64,000 nt of DNA from an uncultured archaeon (lineage in GTDB: Archaea; Micrarchaeota; Micrarchaeia; Micrarchaeales; CABMGC01). The first letter of the stretch is position 1, and the number at the start of each line of letters is the position of its first letter. The notes beneath the pieces were generated by a model, which worked only from the letters and a program-made list of their open reading frames with translations, was not told the DNA's origin and ran no database searches. This document shows positions 39,261 to 48,702 of the stretch, one piece after another. A program made the position numbers and the translations under genes. The DNA lies in NCBI GenBank assembly GCA_963787445.1, contig CAWBCT010000005.1, positions 160,001-224,000 of the forward strand, in the 5' to 3' direction.

Positions 39261-39368
39261 ATTGTGAATTCTATTTGGCTCACCTGAATTATAAGTCTAT
39301 CGCAGGCAGGGATAGGCCAGCCAGAAAAGGCTAAATACTTTGGGAGCCAGCAAAAAGGTATTGAGAGC

Positions 39369-40196
39369 ATGTCGGGCGAATCGGCAACCAGGAGCAGGAG
39401 AGCGGAGATAAGCGTCATGGCCAGCCTTATGCGCCCGGCCTCAAAGGAGAGCTACAAGCCGGTGAGGGTAACAGTCGGAAGCGCGACAGACAAAGGACTT
39501 AGAAGATCCTGGAATGAGGATGAGATACTCTCAAAACAGTTCGATGTGACGGTAAACGGCAAGGCGATGACTAGGGCCGTTCTTGCCGTGGCAGATGGGG
39601 TTGGCGGAATCAGGGCTGGGGATATAGCCAGCAAAATGGCCATAGATGCAGTGGACCGGAACTTGACAGGATTGCTTTCAAAGAACAGGGAACTAGAATG
39701 GGAGGAGCTGAATAGCCAGCTCAAGGCGGTGTTTAAGGATGCAATGTCAGAGATAGAGGCGTATTCGAAAAGGGAGCTGGGCGGCGAAAGAGTGGGAACA
39801 ACCCTTACCACAATGGTGATAGATGATGGAATTGGCTACATCGGCCATATCGGCGACTCTAAGGCGTATATTATAAGGAACGGGAGGATAAGGCAGATCA
39901 CCACAGAACACGATCAGAAGGAGACAGGGCATAGCAACATTCTAACCAGGGGACTTGCAACCGGGATGCCGGAAGGCAGCAACACTCCAGATATAAGTTC
40001 CATAAGGCTAGAAAAGGGTGACACGGTCGTATTGTGCTCTGATGGCCTTGAGAACTCGAGCATAAGCAATGAAATGATAGGCACAATGGTTCTTATGAGC
40101 AGAACGCTCCAGAATGGCTGCGATAGGCTTGTCAAACTCGCCAACGAAAACGGCGGCAGGGACAATGTCTCGGTCGTAGTTGCAAGAGTCGAGTGA
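39369..40196 (+). CDS. PP2C/PPM-family Ser/Thr protein phosphatase
   Basis: R-x-x-NED, VADGVGG, GTT, HIGDS, LCSDGL and GGRDNVS motifs. Confidence 0.93.
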   Translation: MSGESATRSRRAEISVMASLMRPASKESYKPVRVTVGSATDKGLRRSWNEDEILSKQFDVTVNGKAMTRAVLAVADGVGGIRAGDIASKMAIDAVDRNLTGLLSKNRELEWEELNSQLKAVFKDAMSEIEAYSKRELGGERVGTTLTTMVIDDGIGYIGHIGDSKAYIIRNGRIRQITTEHDQKETGHSNILTRGLATGMPEGSNTPDISSIRLEKGDTVVLCSDGLENSSISNEMIGTMVLMSRTLQNGCDRLVKLANENGGRDNVSVVVARVE

Positions 40197-40211
40197 ACTT
40201 GCAGGAAAAGC

Positions 40212-40607
40212 TTAAATTGCTTCAAACTTGAACTGGTAGATTATCAGTCCCTGGTCAGCGTCCGTGTGCATCTTTCTGAACACCATCCTGACCTTGGTGC
40301 CGATCTCTATCTTCTTCTCTGTCTCGACTATGTGGCCCTCCACCAGTGGCCCCTCCGGGGTCTTTACCACTGCTATCGTGTAGGGGGCCTGCTCCCTGAA
40401 CGCCTCTGCCGGGACGTGGATGTGGGTGTAGGAGTAGACCTCGCCGTCTCCCTTGAGCTTCCTGTGCTCCATCTTCGTGTCCCTTCCGCAGTTCTTGCAC
40501 ACTATCCTTGAGGGGAAGTAGACGGTCCTGCAGTTCTTGCACTCGCTCCCTACCATATTGTAGCGCGAGTTGAGCTTTCTCCACATTCCTGCCGGTGCTT
40601 TCTCCAT
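40212..40607 (-). CDS. DUF35 Zn-ribbon/OB-fold scaffold protein
   Basis: CxxC...CxxC; GEVYSYT; downstream of the thiolase. Confidence 0.92.
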   Translation of the reverse strand: MEKAPAGMWRKLNSRYNMVGSECKNCRTVYFPSRIVCKNCGRDTKMEHRKLKGDGEVYSYTHIHVPAEAFREQAPYTIAVVKTPEGPLVEGHIVETEKKIEIGTKVRMVFRKMHTDADQGLIIYQFKFEAI

Positions 40608-40614
40608 ATGATCA

Positions 40615-41778
40615 CTAGTTTGCCCGCTTCATTATGTGCACCACAGCCGTGGCGCCGCTGCCTCCAACGTTGTGGGTCATCCCTATCTCCACGCCCTTTA
40701 CCTGCCTCTCCTTCGCCTCTCCCCTGAGCTGCGTGACTATCTCGCAGGCCTGCTTGATTCCTGTCGCGCCGACCGGGTGCCCGCATCCCTTGAGCCCGCC
40801 GCTCGTGTTGACAGACAGCCTTGAACCCAGCGTGGTCTCTCCGTCCGCGATCGCCTTGGCCGCCCTGCCCTTCGGGTAGAAGCCCAGGTCCTCCATCGCG
40901 ACTATCTCTGCGATGGTGAAGCAGTCATGCACCTCGACCAGGTCGATGTCCTTGGGCGCGAGCTTTGCCTTCTTGTAGGCGTCCTTGGCTGCAATCACGG
41001 TCGACTTGAGCTCCGTCAGCTTCTCGCGCTCGGCGAGTCCCAGCGAGTCGCTCGCCTGCGAGCTGGCCAGGATCTTTATCGGGGTGTCGTTGTACTTCCT
41101 GGCCACTTCCATTGGAGCGAGGACCAGGACGGCGGCGCCGTCCGATATTGGCGAGCAGTCGAGCACGTGGAGCGGGTCCGCAACCATCTTTGACTCCAGC
41201 ACTTCGTCGATCGTTATGTGCTTCCTGAACTGTGCATACTCGTTCTTGACCGCATTTTCGTGATTCTTGACGGAGACGCTCGCCAGCTGCTCCGGCGTGG
41301 TCTTGTAATCGTGCATGTGCCTCCTTGCGATGAGCGCGTAAAGCCCGGGGAAGGTTATTCCCTGCGAGAGCTCCCACTCCTGGTCTCCGGCTCCACCGAG
41401 CGCGGTCGTTGCCTCGGCGGTGGTGACGTCCGTCATCTTCTCGACCCCTCCCACCACGGCTACGTCATGAATCCCGCTTGCAACCGAGATGTAGGCCTGC
41501 CGGAGCGCGCTTCCGCCGCTTGCGCAGGCGTTCTCGATCCGCACTGCAGGTATGTTCTTGAAGCCCATCTGGTCTGCCAAGAGGGCAGCCATGTGTTCCT
41601 GGCCTGCAAACGCTCCCGACGCCATGGTGCTACCGTAAACTATATCGACATCCTTGCTGCCAATATTCGCATCCGATAGGGCTCTCACTCCGGCCTCGGC
41701 TATGAGCTCGCGCATCCCGTGCTCCCATCTCTCCCCGAACCTGGTGAGCCCGACCCCTATAATTGCAACTTCGCGCAT
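40615..41778 (-). CDS. Acetoacetyl-CoA thiolase (archaeal type)
   Basis: ENACASG, GVEKM, EVHDCF, GHPVGATG and HNVGGSG motifs. Confidence 0.94.
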   Translation of the reverse strand: MREVAIIGVGLTRFGERWEHGMRELIAEAGVRALSDANIGSKDVDIVYGSTMASGAFAGQEHMAALLADQMGFKNIPAVRIENACASGGSALRQAYISVASGIHDVAVVGGVEKMTDVTTAEATTALGGAGDQEWELSQGITFPGLYALIARRHMHDYKTTPEQLASVSVKNHENAVKNEYAQFRKHITIDEVLESKMVADPLHVLDCSPISDGAAVLVLAPMEVARKYNDTPIKILASSQASDSLGLAEREKLTELKSTVIAAKDAYKKAKLAPKDIDLVEVHDCFTIAEIVAMEDLGFYPKGRAAKAIADGETTLGSRLSVNTSGGLKGCGHPVGATGIKQACEIVTQLRGEAKERQVKGVEIGMTHNVGGSGATAVVHIMKRAN

Positions 41779-41786
41779 GATTACAC

Positions 41787-42845
41787 CTACTCCTTCCTTA
41801 TGCCGTCCCTGTTCTTCAGGTAGGCGGCATAGTCTATGTATATTTTTCCTGTATTGATCATGTTATCGACCTTTGCGAGCCTCGACCTCTTCGAGTCTAT
41901 GGCATCGCTGACCTCAATTGCAAACGAGTCGCTGCCTGCGCCTGACCCGAAGCTCGTGACCATTATCTTCTCGCCCGGTTTTGCCTTATCAAGCACCGCT
42001 GCAAGGCCCAAAAGCGAGGCACCGGAATAAGTATTTCCGATCAGCGGCGTAATCAGGCCGTCCTTGACCTGCTTGTCGCTGAATCCCAGCTTCTTGGCAA
42101 CGACCAGAGGAAACTTTCCGTTCGGCTGGTGAAAAACCACGTAGTCGAAGTCCTCGGGCTTGAACCCGGTCTTCTCAAAAAGCAGCTTTGAAGCGCCGGT
42201 TATGTGCTTGAAGTAGGCCGGTTCCCCTGTGAACCTGCCGCCGTGGGAGGGGAAGTCCGCGCCCTCCCTTCTCCAGAAGTCCGGGGTGTCTGTGGTGAAG
42301 CTTACGGTGTCGAGTATCTCGGCGATGTTCTCCTTCTTGTTGCTGCCGACTATGAATGCGGCGCCTCCCGCGCTGGCGGTGTACTCGAGCGCGTCGCCGG
42401 GCCTCCCCTGCGAGGTGTCGGTGCCGATCGCCATCCCGTACCTGATCATCTTGCTGTCCGCCATGCCCATGACCATCTGCACTCCGGCTGTTCCGGCCTT
42501 GCATGCGAACTCGAGGTCTGCGGCGGTTATCCTTGGCCCAGCATTGAGCGCCTGGACCACTATCGTTGCCGTTGGCTTTACCGCGTAGGGGTGGGACTCT
42601 GAGCCCACATAAATGGCGCCCAGGTCCTGGACATTAATTCCTGCATGATGGACGGCGCGCCTTGCCGCCTCGACGGCTATGGTTGCTGCATCCTCGTCCT
42701 TGGCCGGGACGCTCTTCTCGCGTATGTTTAGCCCGTGCTTTATGCTTTCGGCATCCTCGTGCCAGACGCGCGCTATCTCCTCCACTTTTATGCGATAGTG
42801 CGGCACATGGACGCCATATCCTACGATACCGGCCATTTGAATCAT
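41787..42845 (-). CDS. Hydroxymethylglutaryl-CoA synthase
   Basis: [24 protein letters not shown] and GNTYS motifs. Confidence 0.95.
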   Translation of the reverse strand: MIQMAGIVGYGVHVPHYRIKVEEIARVWHEDAESIKHGLNIREKSVPAKDEDAATIAVEAARRAVHHAGINVQDLGAIYVGSESHPYAVKPTATIVVQALNAGPRITAADLEFACKAGTAGVQMVMGMADSKMIRYGMAIGTDTSQGRPGDALEYTASAGGAAFIVGSNKKENIAEILDTVSFTTDTPDFWRREGADFPSHGGRFTGEPAYFKHITGASKLLFEKTGFKPEDFDYVVFHQPNGKFPLVVAKKLGFSDKQVKDGLITPLIGNTYSGASLLGLAAVLDKAKPGEKIMVTSFGSGAGSDSFAIEVSDAIDSKRSRLAKVDNMINTGKIYIDYAAYLKNRDGIRKE

Positions 42846-42968
42846 ACCTCTTTGATTTTGGCTACTTATTAAGCTTATCTAGAGGTTAGTTGTTTTGACG
42901 ATTTCTCCCGTGCACCGCACCGAATTGAAGGGATAGGAATATTAATTCCTTCATGGAATTATAGGAAC

Positions 42969-43973
42969 ATGGAGGGTGAACAGCTCTACGAAAGCAAGAC
43001 CGTAGTCATACTCTTGATAATAGCCTCGCTCATACTCATGGGCAACGGGGTCTACACGATCCAGATCTTCTCGGTGCAGCAGGGGATAGGCGCGGGCGCC
43101 TACGTCCAGGCCAACCAGAGCCATGTAAACGTGACGCCGGCACTGCAGTATGTCGTCGGCAATCTGAACGTGATAAACCAGACCATCCTGGAGTCCTACC
43201 TCCTCTTTGCGATAGGGTTCGTGATGTGCGGCATCGCGTTCCTCATACTGATACACGGCGCCAGCAAGTACGAGGACTATGTGATACGGTACATACCGAC
43301 TCACCTGCTCCTGGCCCTGGTGTACGCAGGGCTGGTGCTGGCCATATACGCCACCTACGGCGACTCACTAATCACAAAGCACCTCTACGTCACCTACTTC
43401 GCCCTGGCCCTCTGCTTCGTCTTCGGGATCTACATGGGGTACCAGATGCGGAAGACCATCGCAAAGAGGAAGGTGACCAGGAGCATAAGCATAGACCCGT
43501 CAAAGCCGTATACGAATCTCGTTAACCTGCGCGAGCGGCTGTTCGACAACCTCTCGGGGGAAGTAAGGATTGTTGACAAGCACTTCAACTCGGGCGCGGT
43601 GACCAACCTGCACCGGCTGATGCCGATGGAGAGCTCCAGGATTAACAGCTACAGGATAATCACCTCCCCGGAGATGCTGGACACCGGCTTCGTGAGCAAC
43701 TACCGGGACCTGAAGAGCGAGCTGGCCAACAGGGGAATCGAGCTAGAGATAAAGGTGATGGGCAGGGAGGATGCAAGCTCGCAGCACGAGAGGTTCATGT
43801 TTGACGGCAGCTCCGCCTACAAGATCCCCCCGTTCAACATCATAAACAAGAAGAGCGAGCACATAGTGAAGATGAACCTGAGGGATGCGCAGAAGAGGTT
43901 TGAGTATCTCCACCAGAACTCCACAAAGATTGAGAATTATACGGGCGAACAGCAGAAGAACGGGCTGGTTTAG
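42969..43973 (+). CDS. 4-TM membrane protein with C-terminal PLD-like domain
   Basis: N-terminal TMs; IVDKHF...QHERFMFD resembles the HDRF motif of PLD-like domains. Confidence 0.6.
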   Translation: MEGEQLYESKTVVILLIIASLILMGNGVYTIQIFSVQQGIGAGAYVQANQSHVNVTPALQYVVGNLNVINQTILESYLLFAIGFVMCGIAFLILIHGASKYEDYVIRYIPTHLLLALVYAGLVLAIYATYGDSLITKHLYVTYFALALCFVFGIYMGYQMRKTIAKRKVTRSISIDPSKPYTNLVNLRERLFDNLSGEVRIVDKHFNSGAVTNLHRLMPMESSRINSYRIITSPEMLDTGFVSNYRDLKSELANRGIELEIKVMGREDASSQHERFMFDGSSAYKIPPFNIINKKSEHIVKMNLRDAQKRFEYLHQNSTKIENYTGEQQKNGLV

Positions 43974-43974
43974 C

Positions 43975-44280
43975 CTAAACTGCTTCGTCAAGTATTATCC
44001 TTTTCTTGAATCCGCCGCGCTGCGATGCTTTTTTCTTCCTTGCTGATTCGAGAGAGGCCTTGCTTATCCCCTTTTGCTCCGCAATTGCGTATACGACTTC
44101 AAGAATGTCGGCAAGCTCATCAACCTCGCTGCTTTTAGTGAACTCCTTAGCCTCCTCTAGTAGTTTTTCATAGAGCTTTTTCCTGTACTCGTTCCTGCTG
44201 GCTACGTGCGTCTTTGCAACTTTGTGCTTTTTCCGTATTATTGCAGGAATCTTGTCCCTTACGAGCTTGTTGTATCGCAT
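43975..44280 (-). CDS. MazG/HisE-like all-alpha NTP pyrophosphohydrolase
   Basis: YNKLVRDKIP, KLLEEAKE, ELADILEV and RGGF motifs. Confidence 0.9.
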   Translation of the reverse strand: MRYNKLVRDKIPAIIRKKHKVAKTHVASRNEYRKKLYEKLLEEAKEFTKSSEVDELADILEVVYAIAEQKGISKASLESARKKKASQRGGFKKRIILDEAV

Positions 44281-44345
44281 GGTCTCTTTTTTAGCTACAA
44301 TCTTTAAAGTTATATAGACCCCTAATGGGTGGCCTACCTGCGCAT

Positions 44346-44618
44346 TCAGATCTGAATTCCCAGTAATTTCAGGATGACTATCACAGCCACAGCCGGCAGC
44401 CCGAAGATCGCTACTATGATTATGGTTAGCAGGTTGATGGCTATGCCCAACGCGAAGTAGGAGTTTATCAGGTATATGGCGATTAGGCCCAGGATGCTGT
44501 TCAGTATGAGGCCGATAATCAGCTTTCCAAGTCTTAGGATGATGTACAATACCACAAGTATGGCTGCTATTACAAGTATCTCAGAGGTGAGAGATCCGAG
44601 CATTATTGCCAGCAACAT
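44346..44618 (-). CDS. BofA-like 3-TM membrane protein
   Basis: NSILGL...IN...IAINLLT...GLP pattern. Confidence 0.75.
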   Translation of the reverse strand: MLLAIMLGSLTSEILVIAAILVVLYIILRLGKLIIGLILNSILGLIAIYLINSYFALGIAINLLTIIIVAIFGLPAVAVIVILKLLGIQI

Positions 44619-44714
44619 AGCATCACTTGTTCAAGTTGGGCCTATGCCCGACTCCGTATAATCATATTCAGAGAATGTTACTTAATGCTTTACATTTGGG
44701 ATGGGAGTTGAACG

Positions 44715-45398
44715 TCACGCCTTTAGAATCAGATACTTGTACAGCAATCCAGCTATTACTGCGCCAGCGACAGGACCGATCCAGTAAACATACCAGTTCG
44801 AAAAGAATCCGGCAGCAATCATGGGACCCATCGCCCTGGCAGGATTCATCGCCGCCCCGGTGAACGGCCCGCCGGCGAGCACGTCTATTACAACGGCGAG
44901 GCCTATGCCGAATCCGGCAATCTTGGGAGCCCGTTTGTCCACCGCCGTGCCCATAACAGTAAAGACCAGGATGAAGGTCATTATGGCCTCGAAGAGTATT
45001 CCTTGCAGAACCGTAGTCGATGAGCTTAATGATGGGGCTCCGTAGTGTACGGCAATGCCTACAGCAGAGGGATAGACAGCTAGCAGCAGGGCGCCGGCAA
45101 TGATTGCTCCGGAGAGCTGGAAGATAATGTATACTAACGCATCCCTTGGTTTTATCGCCTTATTTACCAACATAGCTATGGTAACCGCGGGGTTGATATG
45201 ACCGCCAGAGATATTCATCGCGAACGAGACGGCGAGCGCCAGAGCAAGGCCATTCGCGAGCGCCACCACAAGAAGAGTGGAACCGCCTAATCCCGCCGCG
45301 CTGGCCGCTATCACTGCCCCTGCGCCTATGAATGTGAGGAAGAATGTGCCGACCGCTTCAACGAGGCCGCGCTGGCCCAGGGTGGGGTTCTTAGCCAT
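44715..45398 (-). CDS. Aquaporin (MIP family)
   Basis: SGGHINPAVT and AMNPARA motifs. Confidence 0.96.
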   Translation of the reverse strand: MAKNPTLGQRGLVEAVGTFFLTFIGAGAVIAASAAGLGGSTLLVVALANGLALALAVSFAMNISGGHINPAVTIAMLVNKAIKPRDALVYIIFQLSGAIIAGALLLAVYPSAVGIAVHYGAPSLSSSTTVLQGILFEAIMTFILVFTVMGTAVDKRAPKIAGFGIGLAVVIDVLAGGPFTGAAMNPARAMGPMIAAGFFSNWYVYWIGPVAGAVIAGLLYKYLILKA

Positions 45399-45466
45399 GA
45401 AATCATCAGTATTGTTGCCTCCGAACTCTTAAAAACATATCTCCGGCTGTTTACTTAATTAGATTA

Positions 45467-45539
45467 TGGGGAGTACGAGATTTGAACTCGTGTCACCACC
45501 TCCCGAAGGTGGTAGCCTACCAAACTAGCATAACTCCCC
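45467..45539 (-). tRNA. tRNA-Pro(CGG)
   Basis: GGGGAGT acceptor; CCACC-TTCGGGA-GGTGG anticodon arm. Confidence 0.93.
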
Positions 45540-45540
45540 G

Positions 45541-46656
45541 TTAAAGAACTTCAAAACCCTTGTCGGTGACCAGGATGTCGTCTTCTATTCTTACGCCGCC
45601 AAAACCATTTATGTATATGCCCGGCTCGGCGGTGATTACCATGCCGGGCTTGAGTTTCTGCTTCGCTCCGGGTGAGAAACCGGCGCCGTCATGCACCTCT
45701 ATTCCGAGCGAGTGTCCGAGAGCGTGTATGAAAGTGCCGGCGTACAGGCCGTCTGCCGCGGTATCGATTACGGTCTGGGCGGCTTTGTGTATTGAGGCGC
45801 CTGTGGCCCCGGGCTTTACCTTTCTTAATGCCTTCAGCTGTGCCTCCTTGACTATCCTCATTACGGCCTCCTTCTTGATGTACTCGGGAATTTTTTCCTT
45901 GTCATCACCGAAGATGAAGGTGCGGGTCATGTCCGAGCAGTAGTTCCCGACCTTTGCGCCTGCGTCAATCAGAATAAAGTCTCCATACTGTAGTTTCGTG
46001 TGGTCAGGCGAGTGATGGGGCTGCGAGGCGTTCTCACCAAAGCAGACGATGGTCTTGAATGATGGCCCTTCTGAGCCCAGCGATGAGGATGCGGCGTCGA
46101 ACTTTGAGGCAAGCTCGAGCTCCGTCATTCCCTCCTTGAACTCTTTCTGTATTAGGACAAGGGTAAGCTTCGTTATCCCGACCGCCTTCCTTATCAGGTC
46201 AATCTCCTCCCTTGATTTTATCAGCCTTGCCTGAAGCAGCGAGTCTGAGACGTCGAGCAGCTTCTTAGGCTTGTACTTCTTCTTTATCGCAGCGAACACC
46301 GCGTAGGGTATGAAATCGCCGTTTATACCCACCCGGAAGCCCGTAAGAAGCTCTTTTACCTGCTCCCTGAAGGCCCCTTCCATGTCCATCTTGACCACCT
46401 TGAGTATCTCCGGTGCCTGGGCCACGGCAGTCTCGTACTCGAGTGCCGATGTGAAGAGCGTTATGCCCGTCTTCTCCACTATGAGGTAGCTGGACTCGAA
46501 GAGCCCGCTTGTGAATCCCGTCAGGTAGAGGAAGTTCGGATCATCGTGCTCGGTGTTCATTATGAAAAGCTTATCGGCCTTCTTCGCATGCTCGAAGATG
46601 GCGTTTATCCTGCGCTTGAGCTCCTCTGACTGTATCGACAATGGACCGTGTTGCAT
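45541..46656 (-). CDS. Xaa-Pro aminopeptidase (M24)
   Basis: PHH, IDAG, YCSDMTRT, HALGHSLG-x-EVH, EPGIY and GVRIED motifs. Confidence 0.95.
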   Translation of the reverse strand: MQHGPLSIQSEELKRRINAIFEHAKKADKLFIMNTEHDDPNFLYLTGFTSGLFESSYLIVEKTGITLFTSALEYETAVAQAPEILKVVKMDMEGAFREQVKELLTGFRVGINGDFIPYAVFAAIKKKYKPKKLLDVSDSLLQARLIKSREEIDLIRKAVGITKLTLVLIQKEFKEGMTELELASKFDAASSSLGSEGPSFKTIVCFGENASQPHHSPDHTKLQYGDFILIDAGAKVGNYCSDMTRTFIFGDDKEKIPEYIKKEAVMRIVKEAQLKALRKVKPGATGASIHKAAQTVIDTAADGLYAGTFIHALGHSLGIEVHDGAGFSPGAKQKLKPGMVITAEPGIYINGFGGVRIEDDILVTDKGFEVL

Positions 46657-46743
46657 ACTCTAACATTTGACAACAACATATTTTATATGTGAGTCAAGAT
46701 GGTTTGCGTTAGGCTTTATGATTTAAATAGAAAGCTTTATATA

Positions 46744-46779
46744 TTAGTTGATACATAATTATTACTAGTTAATAACTAA
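46744..46779. promoter_or_regulatory. Palindromic operator candidate upstream of the TA-like pair
   Basis: TTATTA-CTAGT-TAATAA palindrome, with outer TTAGTT...AACTAA, right after a TATA-like TTTATATA. Confidence 0.4.
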
Positions 46780-46790
46780 AACTGATTTAT

Positions 46791-47069
46791 ATGTCAAGAA
46801 CAATAATGATGCAAAAACTGGAACATTCACCTACGCTCAACACCGTACTTATGGTGGAGAATGTAATAAAAAACTCAAAGAACTCCATCATAACAATACC
46901 TCAGATAAAACGTGCCCTCCCAAAGCAGGTAAATCACAATACGTTGCGGGTGGTTCTTGAGTATCTTGAGGTCAGTGGCAAGATAGCGGTGACCTTAAGA
47001 GGCATAACATGGGTGCACAACACTAACCAGAATCTGCGGAATGCAATCTCAAAAGGTCTTGAATTATGA
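46791..47069 (+). CDS. Small wHTH protein, putative antitoxin
   Basis: SPTLNTVLMVE...IKRALPK...LEYLE-x-SGKI; overlaps the next gene by 4 nt. Confidence 0.7.
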   Translation: MSRTIMMQKLEHSPTLNTVLMVENVIKNSKNSIITIPQIKRALPKQVNHNTLRVVLEYLEVSGKIAVTLRGITWVHNTNQNLRNAISKGLEL

Positions 47070-47418
47070 AGCCAGTAAGAGTGGTACTATCTCCTGAAGC
47101 CGAGGAGGCTTATAATGAACTCAACACCAAGGCTGCGGGCTCAAAAGTGGAGAGGAGCATATTAAATTCAATCAAGAAGAAAGTGGAACTTGTTAAGGCA
47201 AACCCACACTATGGGAATCCGATTGCAAAAGACCGCATACCGGAAGAGTACAGGATAAAATACGGAGCGATGAACCTGTTCCACGTGGAACTTTCAAGCT
47301 TCTGGCGAATGCTTTATACACTTACCAATGATGAAACAGAGGTAGAAATAATCGCTTTGTGCTTGACATAGTTGATCATAAAGAATACGATAAGAAATTC
47401 AAATACAGAGGCAGATGA
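47066..47418 (+). CDS. RelE/ParE-like toxin with a one-base deletion near 47356
   Basis: NPHYGNPI and WRMLYT motifs; the shifted frame continues VLDIVDHKEYDKKFKYRGR*. Confidence 0.72.
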
Positions 47419-47493
47419 GCATTAAGTTGTGTCAGTATACATGGATTTAACAGCAAATTATTTAGGAAAGAGTTCAGCACTTGTAATGGTTGC

Positions 47494-48702
47494 ATGCAGT
47501 ACACGGACATAGTATCGACAGGCTCCGTATACAGGAACATGCGCAATCCCTACTTTCTGAAGGATTACTTCCGCACAAAGACCATCGACCTGGTGAAGGA
47601 CAACGAGGTGTTCGGCTCCTCGCCTCCCGACATTTTCGTGGGCCGCATCGGTTACCCCAACGTCTACATCGGACCCATGGTACCGCCCCAGCTGGGCGAC
47701 ACCTCGATAATGGGCACCCCGGAGCGCTGGGTCGGGAAGAGCATCCCGGAGATAGTGGAGATGCGCTCCATGCTGATACGCGGGATGCACAGGACCAGCG
47801 TGAAGAACGTGGACGGGGGAAAGGTGGAACAGATGGTGAAGGAGATAGCGATAGCCGAGAAGTACAGCGACATCGACCTCAAGCTCAAGCGGGCGCCTTC
47901 CGGCGGGATGAGCTTCAACGAGAACAGCCAGCCGTTCGGCCCGAGCGCGCCGATGGAGTCGATGAGCATAAACAGCATAAAGGCGGACATAAGGCTCGAG
48001 AACGCATACCATGACGATGCCATGGGCGCCGCCACGGCGATGCTCGAGCTTTACGACAAGGGGGTCGAGATGTCCAAGATCCAGAAGGCCCTCGCAGCCG
48101 GAACGCTGGGAAGGAAAGGAAGGCGCGTCTTTGTCCCTACCCGTTGGAGCATAACCGCCGCGGACGACACAATTTCCAAAGCCAAGCTCAAGGCGATAAA
48201 GCAATATAATGCGCTCGATGCGGTGCACGTATTCGAGAACATAGCGCTCGACAACCGCTGGATCATAATCATGGTGCCGGGCAGCTGGGAGTACGAGTCG
48301 ATGGAGGCGTGGTATCCCAACACAACGTGGAACGCAACCGGTAGCTCGGTGGAGATCGGGGCCTCTTATGAGCCATTCGACGGACGCAAAACCTACGCCG
48401 AGATAGGTGGCTGCTACTACGCTGCGCGGCTGGCAGTGAGCGAGCTGCTCGAAAGGAAGCAGGCGCAGGCCAAGGTGCTGATACTCCGCGAGGTCCACTC
48501 GGGCTACATAATGCCCGTGGGCGTGTGGAACGTGAGGGAGCACGTAAGGCAGGCATTAACAACGCAGTCAACAATCTTTGGCGGTCTGGACGACGCTCTC
48601 AAGTATGCTGCTACAAAACTGGAGATACCGCTTGGCACATGGATGCAGCAGGGAAAGCTCCTCAAGCGGATGATTTACCAGAAACGGCTTGCTCTAGCCT
48701 GA
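47494..48702 (+). CDS. nreA: Nre family DNA repair protein (DUF650/DUF651)
   Basis: GSSPP-x-IFVG-x-x-GYP, VPTRWSITA, GGCYYAARL and PVGVWNVRE motifs; C-terminal PIP-like QKRL. Confidence 0.92.
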   Translation: MQYTDIVSTGSVYRNMRNPYFLKDYFRTKTIDLVKDNEVFGSSPPDIFVGRIGYPNVYIGPMVPPQLGDTSIMGTPERWVGKSIPEIVEMRSMLIRGMHRTSVKNVDGGKVEQMVKEIAIAEKYSDIDLKLKRAPSGGMSFNENSQPFGPSAPMESMSINSIKADIRLENAYHDDAMGAATAMLELYDKGVEMSKIQKALAAGTLGRKGRRVFVPTRWSITAADDTISKAKLKAIKQYNALDAVHVFENIALDNRWIIIMVPGSWEYESMEAWYPNTTWNATGSSVEIGASYEPFDGRKTYAEIGGCYYAARLAVSELLERKQAQAKVLILREVHSGYIMPVGVWNVREHVRQALTTQSTIFGGLDDALKYAATKLEIPLGTWMQQGKLLKRMIYQKRLALA

